DNA of 63,875 nucleotides, filler included, from Conidiobolus incongruus B7586 (taxonomy: Eukaryota): the NCBI GenBank assembly GCA_000697335.1. It is 6 parts of 6 records of this genome, joined end to end, with 100 filler letters (N's around TTAATTAATTAA, not from the genome) between each part and the next. Parts side by side here need not be neighbours in the genome. Positions count along the whole stretch, not along the records: positions 1 to 17,936 come from JNEM01006757.1; positions 18,037 to 23,019 come from JNEM01006765.1; positions 23,120 to 28,464 come from JNEM01006766.1; 3 more parts are not named here. The stretch is one strand, 5' to 3'. The notes below the pieces were generated by a model that did no database searches, was not told where the DNA came from, and saw only the letters and a program-made list of their open reading frames with translations. The position numbers and the translations under genes are program-made. Each line of letters opens with the position of its first letter. Position 1 is the first letter of the stretch. Shown here piece by piece: positions 11,194 to 23,643 of the stretch.

Positions 11194-13172
11194 TAGTAAC
11201 AGTAATAAAACTATAAAAAACCTATTAGAAATCAATAACTATTTATATTAAATTTATTTATTATTATTTTAAATTTTATCTATAATTTATTTTATTCAAA
11301 TTTAACACTATATATTATAATACCATTAAAAAAATACCTTTATATTATTTTAATAATGATAGTAGCTTAATTACTAAGTAAATTTAAGATTTTAACCTTT
11401 AAAAACTTATTACCCTTTAAAAAACCTATATTAGACAACTTTTAATTAAAAAAAACATGTTTTAAAAAGCCTAAATCTAACAAACCAGCTACTTTATTAT
11501 AGTTAATATATTTAACTACCTTTTTAATATCTTTAAAGATAAATTAACTATTTATGATAGTTTTAAAAACCTTTATAAGCTTGAAAACTACTTTAAAAAT
11601 ATAAAAAATTACTTTAATTTAATCTTTAATAAAGATTTAAAGAATATTTTTAAATTAGCTATTTTTTTTAGAAAAATTTGTTTATAATTGGTAGTTAACT
11701 TATTACAAGCTTAATCTTAAAGAATCTATAAGAGGATAGCTTACTACAAAAATATAAACTTTTAAACAATTAGAAAAAACTTTTAAAGAGAGGTATTACT
11801 TAAAAAATTAAGTTTAATTAACAAAAGAAATACTTTCTTAACTTAAATAAAAAACTTCTATAAAATAATTAATTATGAAATTTAATGAGATATACTTAAA
11901 TATATTAAATATCACTAAAGAAGAATAAATCTACAAATTATTATAATGTCTTAATTTTTAAATAAAACTCTAGTTAGTTAATAAAAAATACTTTAATAAT
12001 ATATCTTTTTTTAACATTTGTAATATAGCAATTATAATTAATAATATCTTTTATTTTATAACTAAATCTTTTTACCTTAAGAATTAATCTTTTAAAACTT
12101 ACTTTAGCCTACTTAAGTTTCAAATAATAAATGTTTCTGCTTTAAAGTTTTATAAGAAAACCTTAAATAAAGAAGTTAAAGTTTATTTAAAAGTAAATAA
12201 AAATTGTTACTATTGTTAAAAAACTTAAGTTAATTATAAAGTTAACAAATATCTTTTAAAGAAACAATATCTGTTTAATTCTCAATAATCTCAACTTACC
12301 AACCATAAATCAAACTTAAATAATATTAATATAACTTTAGAATTACTTTTTTTTATAATTAGTTAACAAATTTTAATCTAATCTACAAAAGTTTTAATAG
12401 ACTAATGATTCTATAAATTAAACTGTATATACTAAAGAAATCTAATTGATTAAACTATTAAAAACTAGAAATATTCTAGTAACTAATTTATCTTGTAATT
12501 TTTTACCTTTAACTATCACTTTATTATTTGTGTTAATTAGTTTTTTTATAAATAAACCTATTAGTGTTTTAATTAATTCTGGTTGCTTTAGTTATATTAT
12601 CTTTTTTATTATTATTGTAAAACTATCTTTACCTATCTAAAAAAGTAACTTGATAATTAAATATGCTAACAACTTAATAAAATAAGCATCTGGTACTATA
12701 TTTAAATATTTATTATTATTTCCTAACTACTCCTAATATATTAAATTCTTAATTGGTAATATTAGTTATAATTTTATACTAGGTTAAAATTAGTTTAAAT
12801 ATTATAATTTTATATCTATAAATATTACCCTAGAAGGTTACAAATTTATTTTTTTTATATTTCAAAAAAAAATAATGGAATTAATCTTAAAAAATTTATA
12901 TTACCCTACTACAAAACTATTAAATATTATACCTAACACTAACTTTATAATTGTAGCAAATAATTTTATTATTATAAGCAAAAATCAATATAAAAAACTA
13001 ATTAAAAGCTTTAATAATTTATAAAGATATATATTTGTTTATTATTTATCTATTAACACTTTATCTATTAACTTCAATAAAGTTATATCTAATAACCACT
13101 TTTTATATAATATAATAAGTTAATTTGCTAATGATTTTAAACTTTTAGATAAATTAACTCTTAAATATAATA

Positions 13173-14485
13173 TTACTCTGTATTTTTAATAATGAGATTT
13201 TTTGCAATTAAAAATAAATAAACATTTGAATATATAATATATAAAAATAACTATATAATATAAATTTAATAGTTTCTTTTATTATTAATAACTTTTTGCT
13301 ATACTTTTAGCAAACTTCTAACACCTAAAAAACAGTTCTTTTTATTAAAGACTAAAATTTGATGTTTCACAAACCAATTAAATTTTCCTGTAGAAATTTT
13401 CTTTCCTATAAGCTAGTTTTTTAATTGCCTAAAGCAATTATAATTACATAGGTTATAATCAAAAGAATATACTAGATGTGGTAGTTTTTTCCAGTTATTT
13501 TTAATTAGAAAGTTTTTTACAGCTTTAGATTTATGTATTTTGCAATTATCATGCAAAATAATAGGTTTTTTCAAATTATATTAAGAACACTAATTAGAAA
13601 TACTTTTATTTGAAAAAACAATATATAGTTTATTATTAATTGATTTTCCTTCAGGAACTAAATAAGAATAGTATATAACATTATAATCTATTACAATAAT
13701 TAACATTCATTTATTAATAAAATGTTTATTTAAAGGGATTTGTAGAGGGGGTTGATTTAGCTTAATCCAGCATCTTGATTTGTGTTTTAATAAAGGATTA
13801 TATATAAGGATCTAAGATTCATCAATTGTAATTATTTGCTGTAAAAGTTTAGGCTTCTGGTAATATTTTAATAGGTTTTGTTTAACAATAGCTACTCTAG
13901 CTTTTTTTTAAGCTTTAGTTAAATTATAAAGTACCTATTTTATATTTTTATTTATTAATTTTAGTTTAAACTTTAAAATATATAAAATACTTGTAAAACT
14001 AATATTAAAGTGTTTAGATAATTCTCTAGCTGAAATAAAAAGGTGTTTTTGAATATATTTTTTCACTCTATTTACAATTAAAAAAGTAATAGTTGAAGTT
14101 AGTTTTCTAGATTTTAACAGGTTTTGAATAGTTTCTCTTTTAGCTTTAAAGTAATTTACCTAGTAATAAATTGTTAATTTAGATAATACTTTATTACTAA
14201 AAGCTACTTGTAAATTTTAAATAATTTTAGAGGGTTTATAGTTAAGTTTTACTAATACTAAAATAAAAAACTTTTCATGATTACTATTTAGTTTAAGTAT
14301 AATTAAATTAAACAACTAATTTTAAAAAGTTAATTTTTTAATCAAAAAAACTAATATATATATATATATATATTAAAAATATATAATTTCTTATTAACTT
14401 TGTATATATTTATTTATTTCAAACTAATAATATGTTTGAAAAATCAGAAATTAAAAAATTTCCCATTATTTTAAATTCAAGGTAA
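13173..14485 (-). mobile_element. Degenerate mariner (DD34D) transposon nested in Gypsy copy A
   Basis: 1313 bp, with imperfect TIRs (TTACyyTG.ATTT..AATAATGrGA.TTTT) and TA duplications at 13171-72 and 14486-87. The empty site is present in Gypsy copy B. Transposase relic motifs TIDES, LHDN..IH.S and YSFDYNLCNY. Confidence 0.93.
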
Positions 14486-17414
14486 TATTAAATATAAAAT
14501 TAAATTATTCCCTAGTACACAACTATATTTAAAGTTTACTTACCATTCATCTCTTGAATAATATTAAACTTTGAAAGAAGAAATCTAAAAACTATTTAAA
14601 AATAGATATATTAAACTTTTTTCTTTACTATAAAAATCTTTAATTTTCTTTATAAAAAAAGCTAATGGTAGTTAAAGATTATATATTAATAATTATGTTT
14701 TAAACTTTAAAACTATTAAAGATAAAACTCCATTATTAAACCTATATAATATTAAGGATAAACTACTTAAATCAACTATATTCATTAAATTAAATATTCA
14801 GAATAAATATTATAAAATTAAAGAAAATTCTATCCTTTTAATTATTTTCAATATTTTTTTAAGCTATTATAAATTTATAATTATAAACTTTAGATTGTGT
14901 AATGTTTTTGTAACTTTTACTTAATTCATCAATTCCTTTTTTAAACTTATTTTTAATAACTTTATTATTACTTACCTTAATAATATTTTAATCTATTTAA
15001 AAACTAAAAAAGAATATATTTAACATATTAATTAAATTTTACAAATTATTCAAGAATATAAATTATCTTTAAAATTATCAAAATATATTTTTGGTGCTTT
15101 TTCTATTTTTTTCTATAGTTATATTGTTTCCTCTTAAGGAATTAATATTGATTTAACTAAACTCAACAGTGTTAAAGTTTTTATTATACCTATAAACAAT
15201 GATCAACTTATGTTTATAGTTAAATTATTAAATTACTTTAAAAATTTCATTGATTCTTTTATTGAACTTATTACTTTTCTTACTAATCTCTTGAAGAAAA
15301 ACTCTTTTTTTAAATAAACTTTACTATATACTTTTTTTATAAATGTTTTAATTTTCTATATTACTAATATTCTTGTTTTATCTATCTTTAATCTAAAACT
15401 ACCTACTATTATTTTTACTAACTCTAGTTCTTTTGTAATTAATAAATAATTAACCTAGTTTGAATTTAATTTATATTTTACCTTTTAACTATAAAATAAA
15501 ATAATAAATAGGGTAGAATAAGTTAAATTTAACTTTGTAAATATTACCTTAAAACTAATAACATTCTAGTTAAGAAAAATAAAACTAGTTGAATTAAAAT
15601 ACCTAGTCTATAAATGAAAACTTTTTGCTTTAGTAGAAATAATTAAAAATCACCTATATTTTTTGTTTTGTAATTTTTTTTAATACTTATAGATTATAAA
15701 TCATTTATCTACTTAAATACTCAAAAGCATTTATTAAGAAGATAAGTTAAATAGATTAAAACTATCTAAATTTACCTTTTCTTTATTTAATATCTTTTAG
15801 GTTAATAAAATTATATTATAGATACCTTATTAAAAAATCTTACATATTTACCCTTTTATTCTAATTATAAAAACCTAGCAAATATTAACCTAATAATTAT
15901 TAAAAAAGGAAATAAAGAATTTATTAAACTATTTTAAGAAATACTATTAAATAATTATTTCTTTATTTTAATTAAAGAAGAACTCTTTAAACTATTAGAA
16001 AACTAATTAAAATATGTTAAAAGATTTAAAATTATTAATAACTTACTATATTATAATATTTGTTTATATATCTTTAATATTCTTAAGATCCAACAAATAA
16101 TATTTGATAAATGTTATAATTTACTTATTAGAGGATATCAAAACTAGTTAAAAACTATTAAGAGAATTAAAATAAAGTATTACTAGCTTTCCCTAATTAA
16201 ATTAGTTTAGAAATATATTAATACCTGTGATAAATATTAAAGAACTAAATATAATACTTAACTAAAATATAGTAAATTTATTTCTCTACAAGTTCCTAAT
16301 AAAATTTAATAACAAATCTAGCTTAATTTTATAGAAATCCTTAAATCAATAAATAATTATAATAACTTACTAATTGTAATTGATTTATTTTCCAAATATG
16401 TTTATTTTATTCCTTGTTTCAAAACTTCTATAGTTAAAGATATTGTATAATTATTATTTTTTAATATTTTTACCTATTATAAAATTCTACAAACTATTGT
16501 ATCTAACAAAGATATGTAATTCAACTCTTAATTTTAAAAGTTACTATCCTTTTCCTTCAAAATTAACCTAACTATATCTACTATTAATTATCACTAAACT
16601 AATAGACTTGCTGAAAAAGTTATTAAAACCCTAAAGCAAATAATTAAAGCTTATATTAATATTAATTAGTTAAATTAAGATACCTATATCTACCAACTTT
16701 AATATTCATTTAATACCTTTATTAATAAATCAACAGGTTTTAGCCTTTATTTCATTAATTATAACAAATATCCTAACTTAATAATTGTTCTAAAACTTTA
16801 AATTAACTTATTTTTAAACATTGTTGAATTTTAATTTAATATCAAGTATATTAATTCCCTTGTTAAATTTAACTTAGAAGAAAATTAAAAGATTATAAAA
16901 TAACAATACTCAAATTTATCTAGAAATCCTCTTAAATATAAAGTTAATATATTTGTATATTTAGAACAATCTACCCTTAAACCTACCCTATTTAAATCTA
17001 GCTTAAATCCAAAATACTTACTATTATATTATAGTCTTTATAAGATTTAATCTATTGATTTAAATTTTGAAAATATTACCTTAGAATTACCTCTAACTTT
17101 AAAAATCAACCTTACCTTTTACATATCCAAAATTAAACCATACTTTAAAGATTTTAATACTTTTCCTAATTAATTAAAAGCCTTAAAACTAAATCTAATT
17201 ATTAATTAAAATAAAGAAGAAGAATACTATGTTAATTACATAATTAAATCTAAATCTATTAGGAACAAACTTTATTTTTATGTAAAATAGATAGGTTATC
17301 TTATTAAAGAAACAATATAAGAACCTCTAGAAAATATTAAAAATACTTTAACCTATTATACCTATTTGTAAAAATCTAGGGAGTGTGTCTCTTTTAAGAA
17401 ACTAATTAGAGAAG

Positions 17415-17813
17415 TATTAAAAAACTAGTTCTTTAAATTTTTATATATACTTCTATATAATTCAATTAATTATAAATTATATAATTAATTTATACTTATA
17501 TAGTTAAATTAGTTATATAAATAACATTGAATTATTTAATAAACTAGGTTTTTCTTTTTCCTCTCAATTCTTACTATTCTTTATTTTTTCATTATTTCTA
17601 AGATTAAAACTATATCCTATTAATATTATAATATATTAGCACTACCTAATATAAATCTTAATATATCAGTGACTTATCCCAGTTTAAAGCTTAATTAAAC
17701 TTTGTTTACACTTGCACACCACAACTATATTATATTACTATATTCTACATTATATTATTTTTATATCAAGTTTTTCTCTGTATTATATTAATTTAACTAC
17801 CATTATACTTATA
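17415..17813 (+). repeat. 3' LTR of Gypsy copy A
   Basis: Starts TAT (eroded TGT) after the eroded PPT AGAGAAG and is followed by the TSD AAACC. Confidence 0.93.
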
Positions 17814-17936
17814 AAACCTATATATTAGCTTGCAAAAATATATTATAAAATTAAAAACATTTATATATATATTAATAATTTAATTAAATATTTTCAAATA
17901 ATATAATTAATATATATTATTTATTAATTATAGAAT

Positions 17937-18036
17937 NNNNNNNNNNNNNNNNNNNNNNNNNNNNNNNNNNNNNNNNNNNNTTAATTAATTAANNNNNNNN
18001 NNNNNNNNNNNNNNNNNNNNNNNNNNNNNNNNNNNN
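17937..18036. other. Assembly gap with artificial spacer
   Basis: N44-TTAATTAATTAA-N44 (stops in six frames). Identical gaps at 23020-23119, 28465-28564, 30179-30278 and 41231-41330. Confidence 0.97.
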
Positions 18037-18182
18037 TTAAATGTTTTAAAAAAATATAGAAATATTTTATAACCATTATATTAATTTTAATTAAAAATAT
18101 ATTGATAGATTAATTATTATTTATGGATTTATATTATCTTTAAATATAAGATATCTTTATAAAGTTAATAAAGGAATTAATT

Positions 18183-19503
18183 TTACTTTGTAATTTAAAT
18201 AATAGGAATTTTTTGTAATTGAAAAAAAAACATTTTAATATAAAAAAATAAAAATAAATATATATTATAAAATTAATAGTTTCATTTATTTCTAATAACT
18301 TTTTGCTATATTTTTGATAAAGATCTAACAGCTAAAAAATAATTCTATTTATTAAAGACTAAAATTTGATATTTCACAAACCAATTTAATTTTCTTGAAG
18401 AAATTTTCTTTCCTGTAACCTGGTTTTTTAATTGCCCAAAACAATTATAATCATATAGGTTATAGTCTGGGGAATATACTGGATATACTACTTTGTTCCA
18501 GTTATTTTTAATTAAAAAGTTTTTTACAACTTTAGATTTATGTATTTTGCAATTATCATATAAAATAATAGGTTTTCTCAAATTATATTGTGAATACCAA
18601 TTAGAAATAGTTTTATTTAAAAAAGAAATATAAAGTTTACTATTAATTTATTTTCTTTTAGGAACTAAATAAGAATAGCATATAGTATTTTAATTTATTA
18701 CAACAATTAACATTTATTTATCAACAAAGTGCTTATTTAAAGGAATTTATAAAAAGGGTTGATTTAATTTAATCCAACACTTTAATTTATGTTTTGATAA
18801 AGAATTATACAAAGGAATCTAAGATTCATCAATTGTAATAATTCAATGTAAAATCCTTGGTTTTTAGTTATACCTTAGTAAGTTTTGTTTAGCAATAGCT
18901 ACTCTAGCTTTTTTTGAGCTTTAGTTAAATTATAAGATACCCATTTTGTATTTTTATTAATTAATTTTAATTTGAACTTTAATATATACAAAATAATTAT
19001 GTGACTAATATTAAAGTATCTTGATAATTCTCTAGCTGAAATAAAAAGGTGCTTTTCAATATGTTTTATTATTTTATTAATAATTAGAAAAGTAATAGTT
19101 AATATTAGTCTTCTAGATTTTAACAGCTTTTGGGTAGTTTCTCTTTTAGCTTTAAAGTAATATATCTAGTGATAATTTGTTGATTTAGATAATACTTCAT
19201 TACCAAAAGCTGCTTGTAAATTTTGAATGATTTTACAGAGTTTATGGTTAAGTTTTACTGATACTAAAATAAAAAACATTTGATGGTTACTATTTAGTTT
19301 AAGTATGATTAAATTAAACAAATAATTTTAAAAAATTATTTTTTTAATCAAAAAAATTATTATATATATATATATATATATTTATAATTTAAAACTATTT
19401 ATTTTCCTATTTGTTCTATATATATTTTTTTATTTGAAACTAATAATATGTTTAAAAAATCAGAAATTAAAAAATTTCTTATTTCTTCAATTTGATAAAA
19501 ATA
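18183..19503 (-). mobile_element. Degenerate mariner (DD34D) copy 2; right end approximate
   Basis: Colinear with 13173-14485. The track ORF 18345-18581 gives YDN-x-YSPDYNLYDY with 34 residues between the Asps; KWVSYNLT (WVPHEL motif) lies at ~18925-18946. Confidence 0.92.
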
Positions 19504-19649
19504 TTGAGTTTTATTATAATATTGTAAATAATAAATTGAAAATAATTATTAATAAATATAGGTTAAACAAATTTAATATTATTTTCTAATCTGATAATGT
19601 TTTTTGTTATATTATATCTTTAATTATTGAATTGCTTAAAAATAACAAA

Positions 19650-22450
19650 ATAATAATTATAAAAAATCTCTTTAATTTTTAAATTTTAACTTAATTAAAT
19701 AATTAAAAATTAGTTAAAAATAGTTATTAAAGCTTTCCTTATAATAAAAGATTTAAATCAACTTAAAAAATATGCTTAAAAAATATAAAATAAGATTAAC
19801 CTTTTTTAGTATAAAAATTAATTGACTTTATACCCTATAAACTTAAAAATATTAGAAAAAGATAGATACACTAAGTTTGAATTTTTTTTATTATCAAAAA
19901 CATATAAATTTATAACTTAACTTAAGTAAAATTTAAAAGTTTATATTTTAACCAATTAATAATTAAATATCATTATTTAATGATATATATATTAATATTA
20001 ATTATAATAGTTTTTAATTATTTAATTTAAGTTTATTATAATAGATATTAATTAAGTTTAAGTAAAAATATAAGTGTTTTTGATTTTATCACTTATTTTT
20101 ATAGTTTAATATAAAAATTATTCCAATTTAATATCTATTCATTATATTAATTCAACTAACTTAAGTAGATATACCTAATTAAATAATATTAATTCACTTC
20201 CAAATATTTTTTAATTTAATAACAATATCTTTTTAATCCCAGAATTAAATTTAAAATTAATTTTTATATTATATTAATTCTTTTCTAATTTCAAGAAAAA
20301 ACTAAATTTAATTTTATTATCTTGTTTTTATTTCTCCTTCTTTAAATAAAATTTAAACTTATTTCTCAAACATTATAACCTTATCACTAAACCACTTAAT
20401 ATTTTTTTTAATTAATTTTTATTAAGATATATTCAAATCAAGAGATTCTTTACCCTTTAAAAGAGAAGTTAAATATAAATTAAATTACTTTTTAAATCTT
20501 AACCTTATTATTATCATATTTATTATATATTTATAAAAGAAAATAAACCCTAAAAAACTTTATCTTAACTTATTAATAAAGGTTTTATCTATCCCTCAAT
20601 TTTATCTTAAGGTTTTTTATTTTTTTTATTAAGAAAAAAGATGGTAGACTATGTTTTTATATAAACTTTTGAGTTTTAAATTATAATTACTTTTTATAAT
20701 AGAATATTTTAAATATTTCTTTTATTATATATCTAAATAACTTATTTATATCTTTAAAGATTATTAATCCTTAATATAATTAAATGATCAATTTTATCTT
20801 ATTAAATATTATACTTTATAGGTTTAATTTCTTTAAGAATTTAATTTAAATATTAGTTATATTAAAGGCTAATATAATACTCTAACTAATCTTTTATCAA
20901 ATTATATTGATTATATCTTTATTTATATCAAATGTCATAAAAATTATATAAATTTAAATTTAGTTTTCTTATAAATATTTATATTATAAATCAAATAGCT
21001 AATTAAATCTAAATTACCTTCTAATGATTTTGCTCTTTAAATATATAAAAACTTGAAAACACCAGAAAACAAAAAACTTCTATATATTAAAAAATTCTAC
21101 TTATTAAATAATCTTCTATATTATACTAATAGACTATGTCTTTAACATAAAACTAATTAAATTATAACTTCTTAAATTATACCATAATTCAATAATTTTA
21201 TATTTTTAAGGATAATTATATATTTTCTAAAAAATCTTTAAATATTTCTATTAATTAAAAATAGAAAAAGATATTAAAAAATATGTTATTTCTTGTAAGC
21301 AATATTAACTTAACAAATTATTTAATCAGTATCTATATGGTTACTTAAATCCTTTATTAATTCCTATATCTTACTAAAATGATATCACTATAGATTTTAT
21401 TGATATATCTATAATATTTTTAAAACTTAGTTTAATTTTAATTATTATTAATCAACTAAGTAAAATGATCTATTTGATATTTATAACTAAGGAAATTAAT
21501 ACTTAAGATTTAATAAGACTCTTTATTAATTATATTTTTAAGTATCATAAACTTCATAACATACTTATAACTAATAAAGATTTTAGATTCATCTTTAAAT
21601 TCTAACAAAATCATATAGAATTGCTAAGATATAAATATAATCTCTATATTATATAATATCAAAATTCAAATAAATAATCTGAAAAAAAAATTTAGATATT
21701 GAAAAATACTATTAGATTATACCTTAATTATAATATAACTAATTAGATTAATAACTTACCTTTATTAATGTTTGCTTTTAATTATTTGATTAACTTTTTT
21801 TTAAAAATGATATTATTTTATTTAAATTATAATCAACACCCTAACTTTATTAATATTATACCATCTATTACAAATACTCTCACTAATATTGATAACTTCA
21901 TCACTTATATTAATTATTTATTATTTGTTGCTAAAAAAAATCCTTTATATATAATATAAATAAGTTTTTTATTATGAAAAAAATATTTATCTTTCTTTAA
22001 TTTTCTACCTAACTTATTAGTCTTATTAAATTTTAATGACATCAATCTATCTTAATATTTAAGTTGTTTAATTAAGAAATTACTACCAAAATAGTTAAGT
22101 TTTTATTTTATTAAAAACAAGGGTCTTAATCCTAATACATATAAACTTTATTTATCACCTAATTTGAAAATATATCTAGTCTTCTATATTGATATCTTTA
22201 AACTATATAAAGATTATACTAAAGACTTCTTATCAAAAAAACTCATTCTAAACCACCACCTATCAACTCTAATGATTTAAATAATTATTTTATAGTAGAT
22301 AAAATTCTTAATCATAAAAAATATCATAATAAAGACTAATATCTTATCTAATAGCTTAGATACCTATTAAATAAAGTTATTTTAAAAAATAAAGCTAATA
22401 TCTCTTATATTCTTGCTTACTCTAATTTCAAATCCAAAAGCTATTTTTAA
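19650..22450 (+). mobile_element. Internally deleted, degenerate Gypsy chromovirus of a second family (ends approximate)
   Basis: RT start GFI.PS...KKKDGRL (~20581-20650); YLNNL (=YLDDL) at ~20730; RNase H end ISYIKG..N..T.LLS; integrase YGYLNPL.IP...DITIDFI (~21335-21405); chromodomain IVDKILNHK...YLI**LRY (~22290-22365). Confidence 0.8.
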
Positions 22451-23246
22451 AAAAAGACTTTGCTATATTATAACAAAGTTTAAGAGAAGTATCATATATC
22501 TATCTAATTAATCTATATATATTTTATCTTTTATATTAATTAACTTATAATTTATCATTTATCTTATTTTTCTTAAGTTGATATATTTTTATTTTAATAA
22601 GAGGAAAAAAGGATAGCAAAGATTTATCTATTTATTAATTTATTCCTTTATCTATCTAATTATTTATTTATTTATTAGAAATAAATTAATTTTAAGTGTT
22701 TATTAAAAACTTCTAATAAAACTCCTTAACTAATCTTTTAATTTATCTATATTCTAATTTAATTTAATTTAATTATCTTAGTTTTTAATATTAGGATAAT
22801 ATAATCTATCTTTAGCCTTTTCAATCTTTTTAAATCAATAAGGAATAAATTTGATAAACTTTTTATATTGAGCAATATTGATTTTATTCTAAATTTCTTA
22901 TATATATTTTTAAATTTAATATAAATTTATATTAAGGGGAAAGTTTTAATTGATATTTTAATTAATTCCAAAAATATTTAATTAAATTAAATATAAAAAA
23001 TTAAAAACCTTATTTTATANNNNNNNNNNNNNNNNNNNNNNNNNNNNNNNNNNNNNNNNNNNNTTAATTAATTAANNNNNNNNNNNNNNNNNNNNNNNNN
23101 NNNNNNNNNNNNNNNNNNNTTAAAGTTATTAAATAAAATAATATAATAATATATTTTAATATACTTAATATAAAAACTAGATATTTAAAAATAAATTTTA
23201 ATTTAAACTTTTATATTATATTAACCTAAAAATATAATAATAGGTT

Positions 23247-23643
23247 TATAAGTGTAGTAGTAATTAAACTAATATAATATAGAAGAAGACTTGATATAAA
23301 AATAATGTGGTGTAGAATATAGTAATATAATGTGGTTATAGTGTGTAAATGTAAATAAAGTTTAATTAAGCTTTAAACTGGGGTGAGTCACTAATATATT
23401 AAAGTTTATATTAGGTAGTGCTAATATACTATAATATTAATACAAAGTAGTCTCAATTTTAAAAGTAATGTAAAAATAAAAAATAGTAAGAATTAAGAAG
23501 AAAAAAAAACCTAGTTTATTAAATAATTCAATGCTATTTATATAATTAATTTAACTATATAAGTATAAATTAATTATATAATTTATAGTTAATTGAACTA
23601 TATGAAAGTATATATAAGAATTTAAAGAATTAGTTTTTTAACA
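23247..23643 (-). repeat. 3' LTR of Gypsy copy B
   Basis: Third homologue of the ~396-bp LTR. Confidence 0.92.

Larger units (their letters stand above)
10798..17813 (+). mobile_element. Full-length degenerate Ty3/Gypsy chromovirus LTR retrotransposon (copy A)
   Basis: Two ~396-bp LTRs and a 5-bp TSD AAACC (10793-97, 17814-18). Eroded PBS TAGTAAC (TGGTAGC-like) at 11194; CxxC knuckle at ~12205; protease LINSG (=LIDSG) at ~12570; RT YLNNILI (=YLDDILI) at 14973; integrase; chromodomain EEEYYV...YVK*IGY...ETI*EPLENI at ~17213-17340. Confidence 0.95.

Noticed and set aside
17981..17992. TTAATTAATTAA palindrome recurring five times
   Set aside because: It is always centred in a 100-nt N gap, so it is an artificial scaffold spacer rather than biology.
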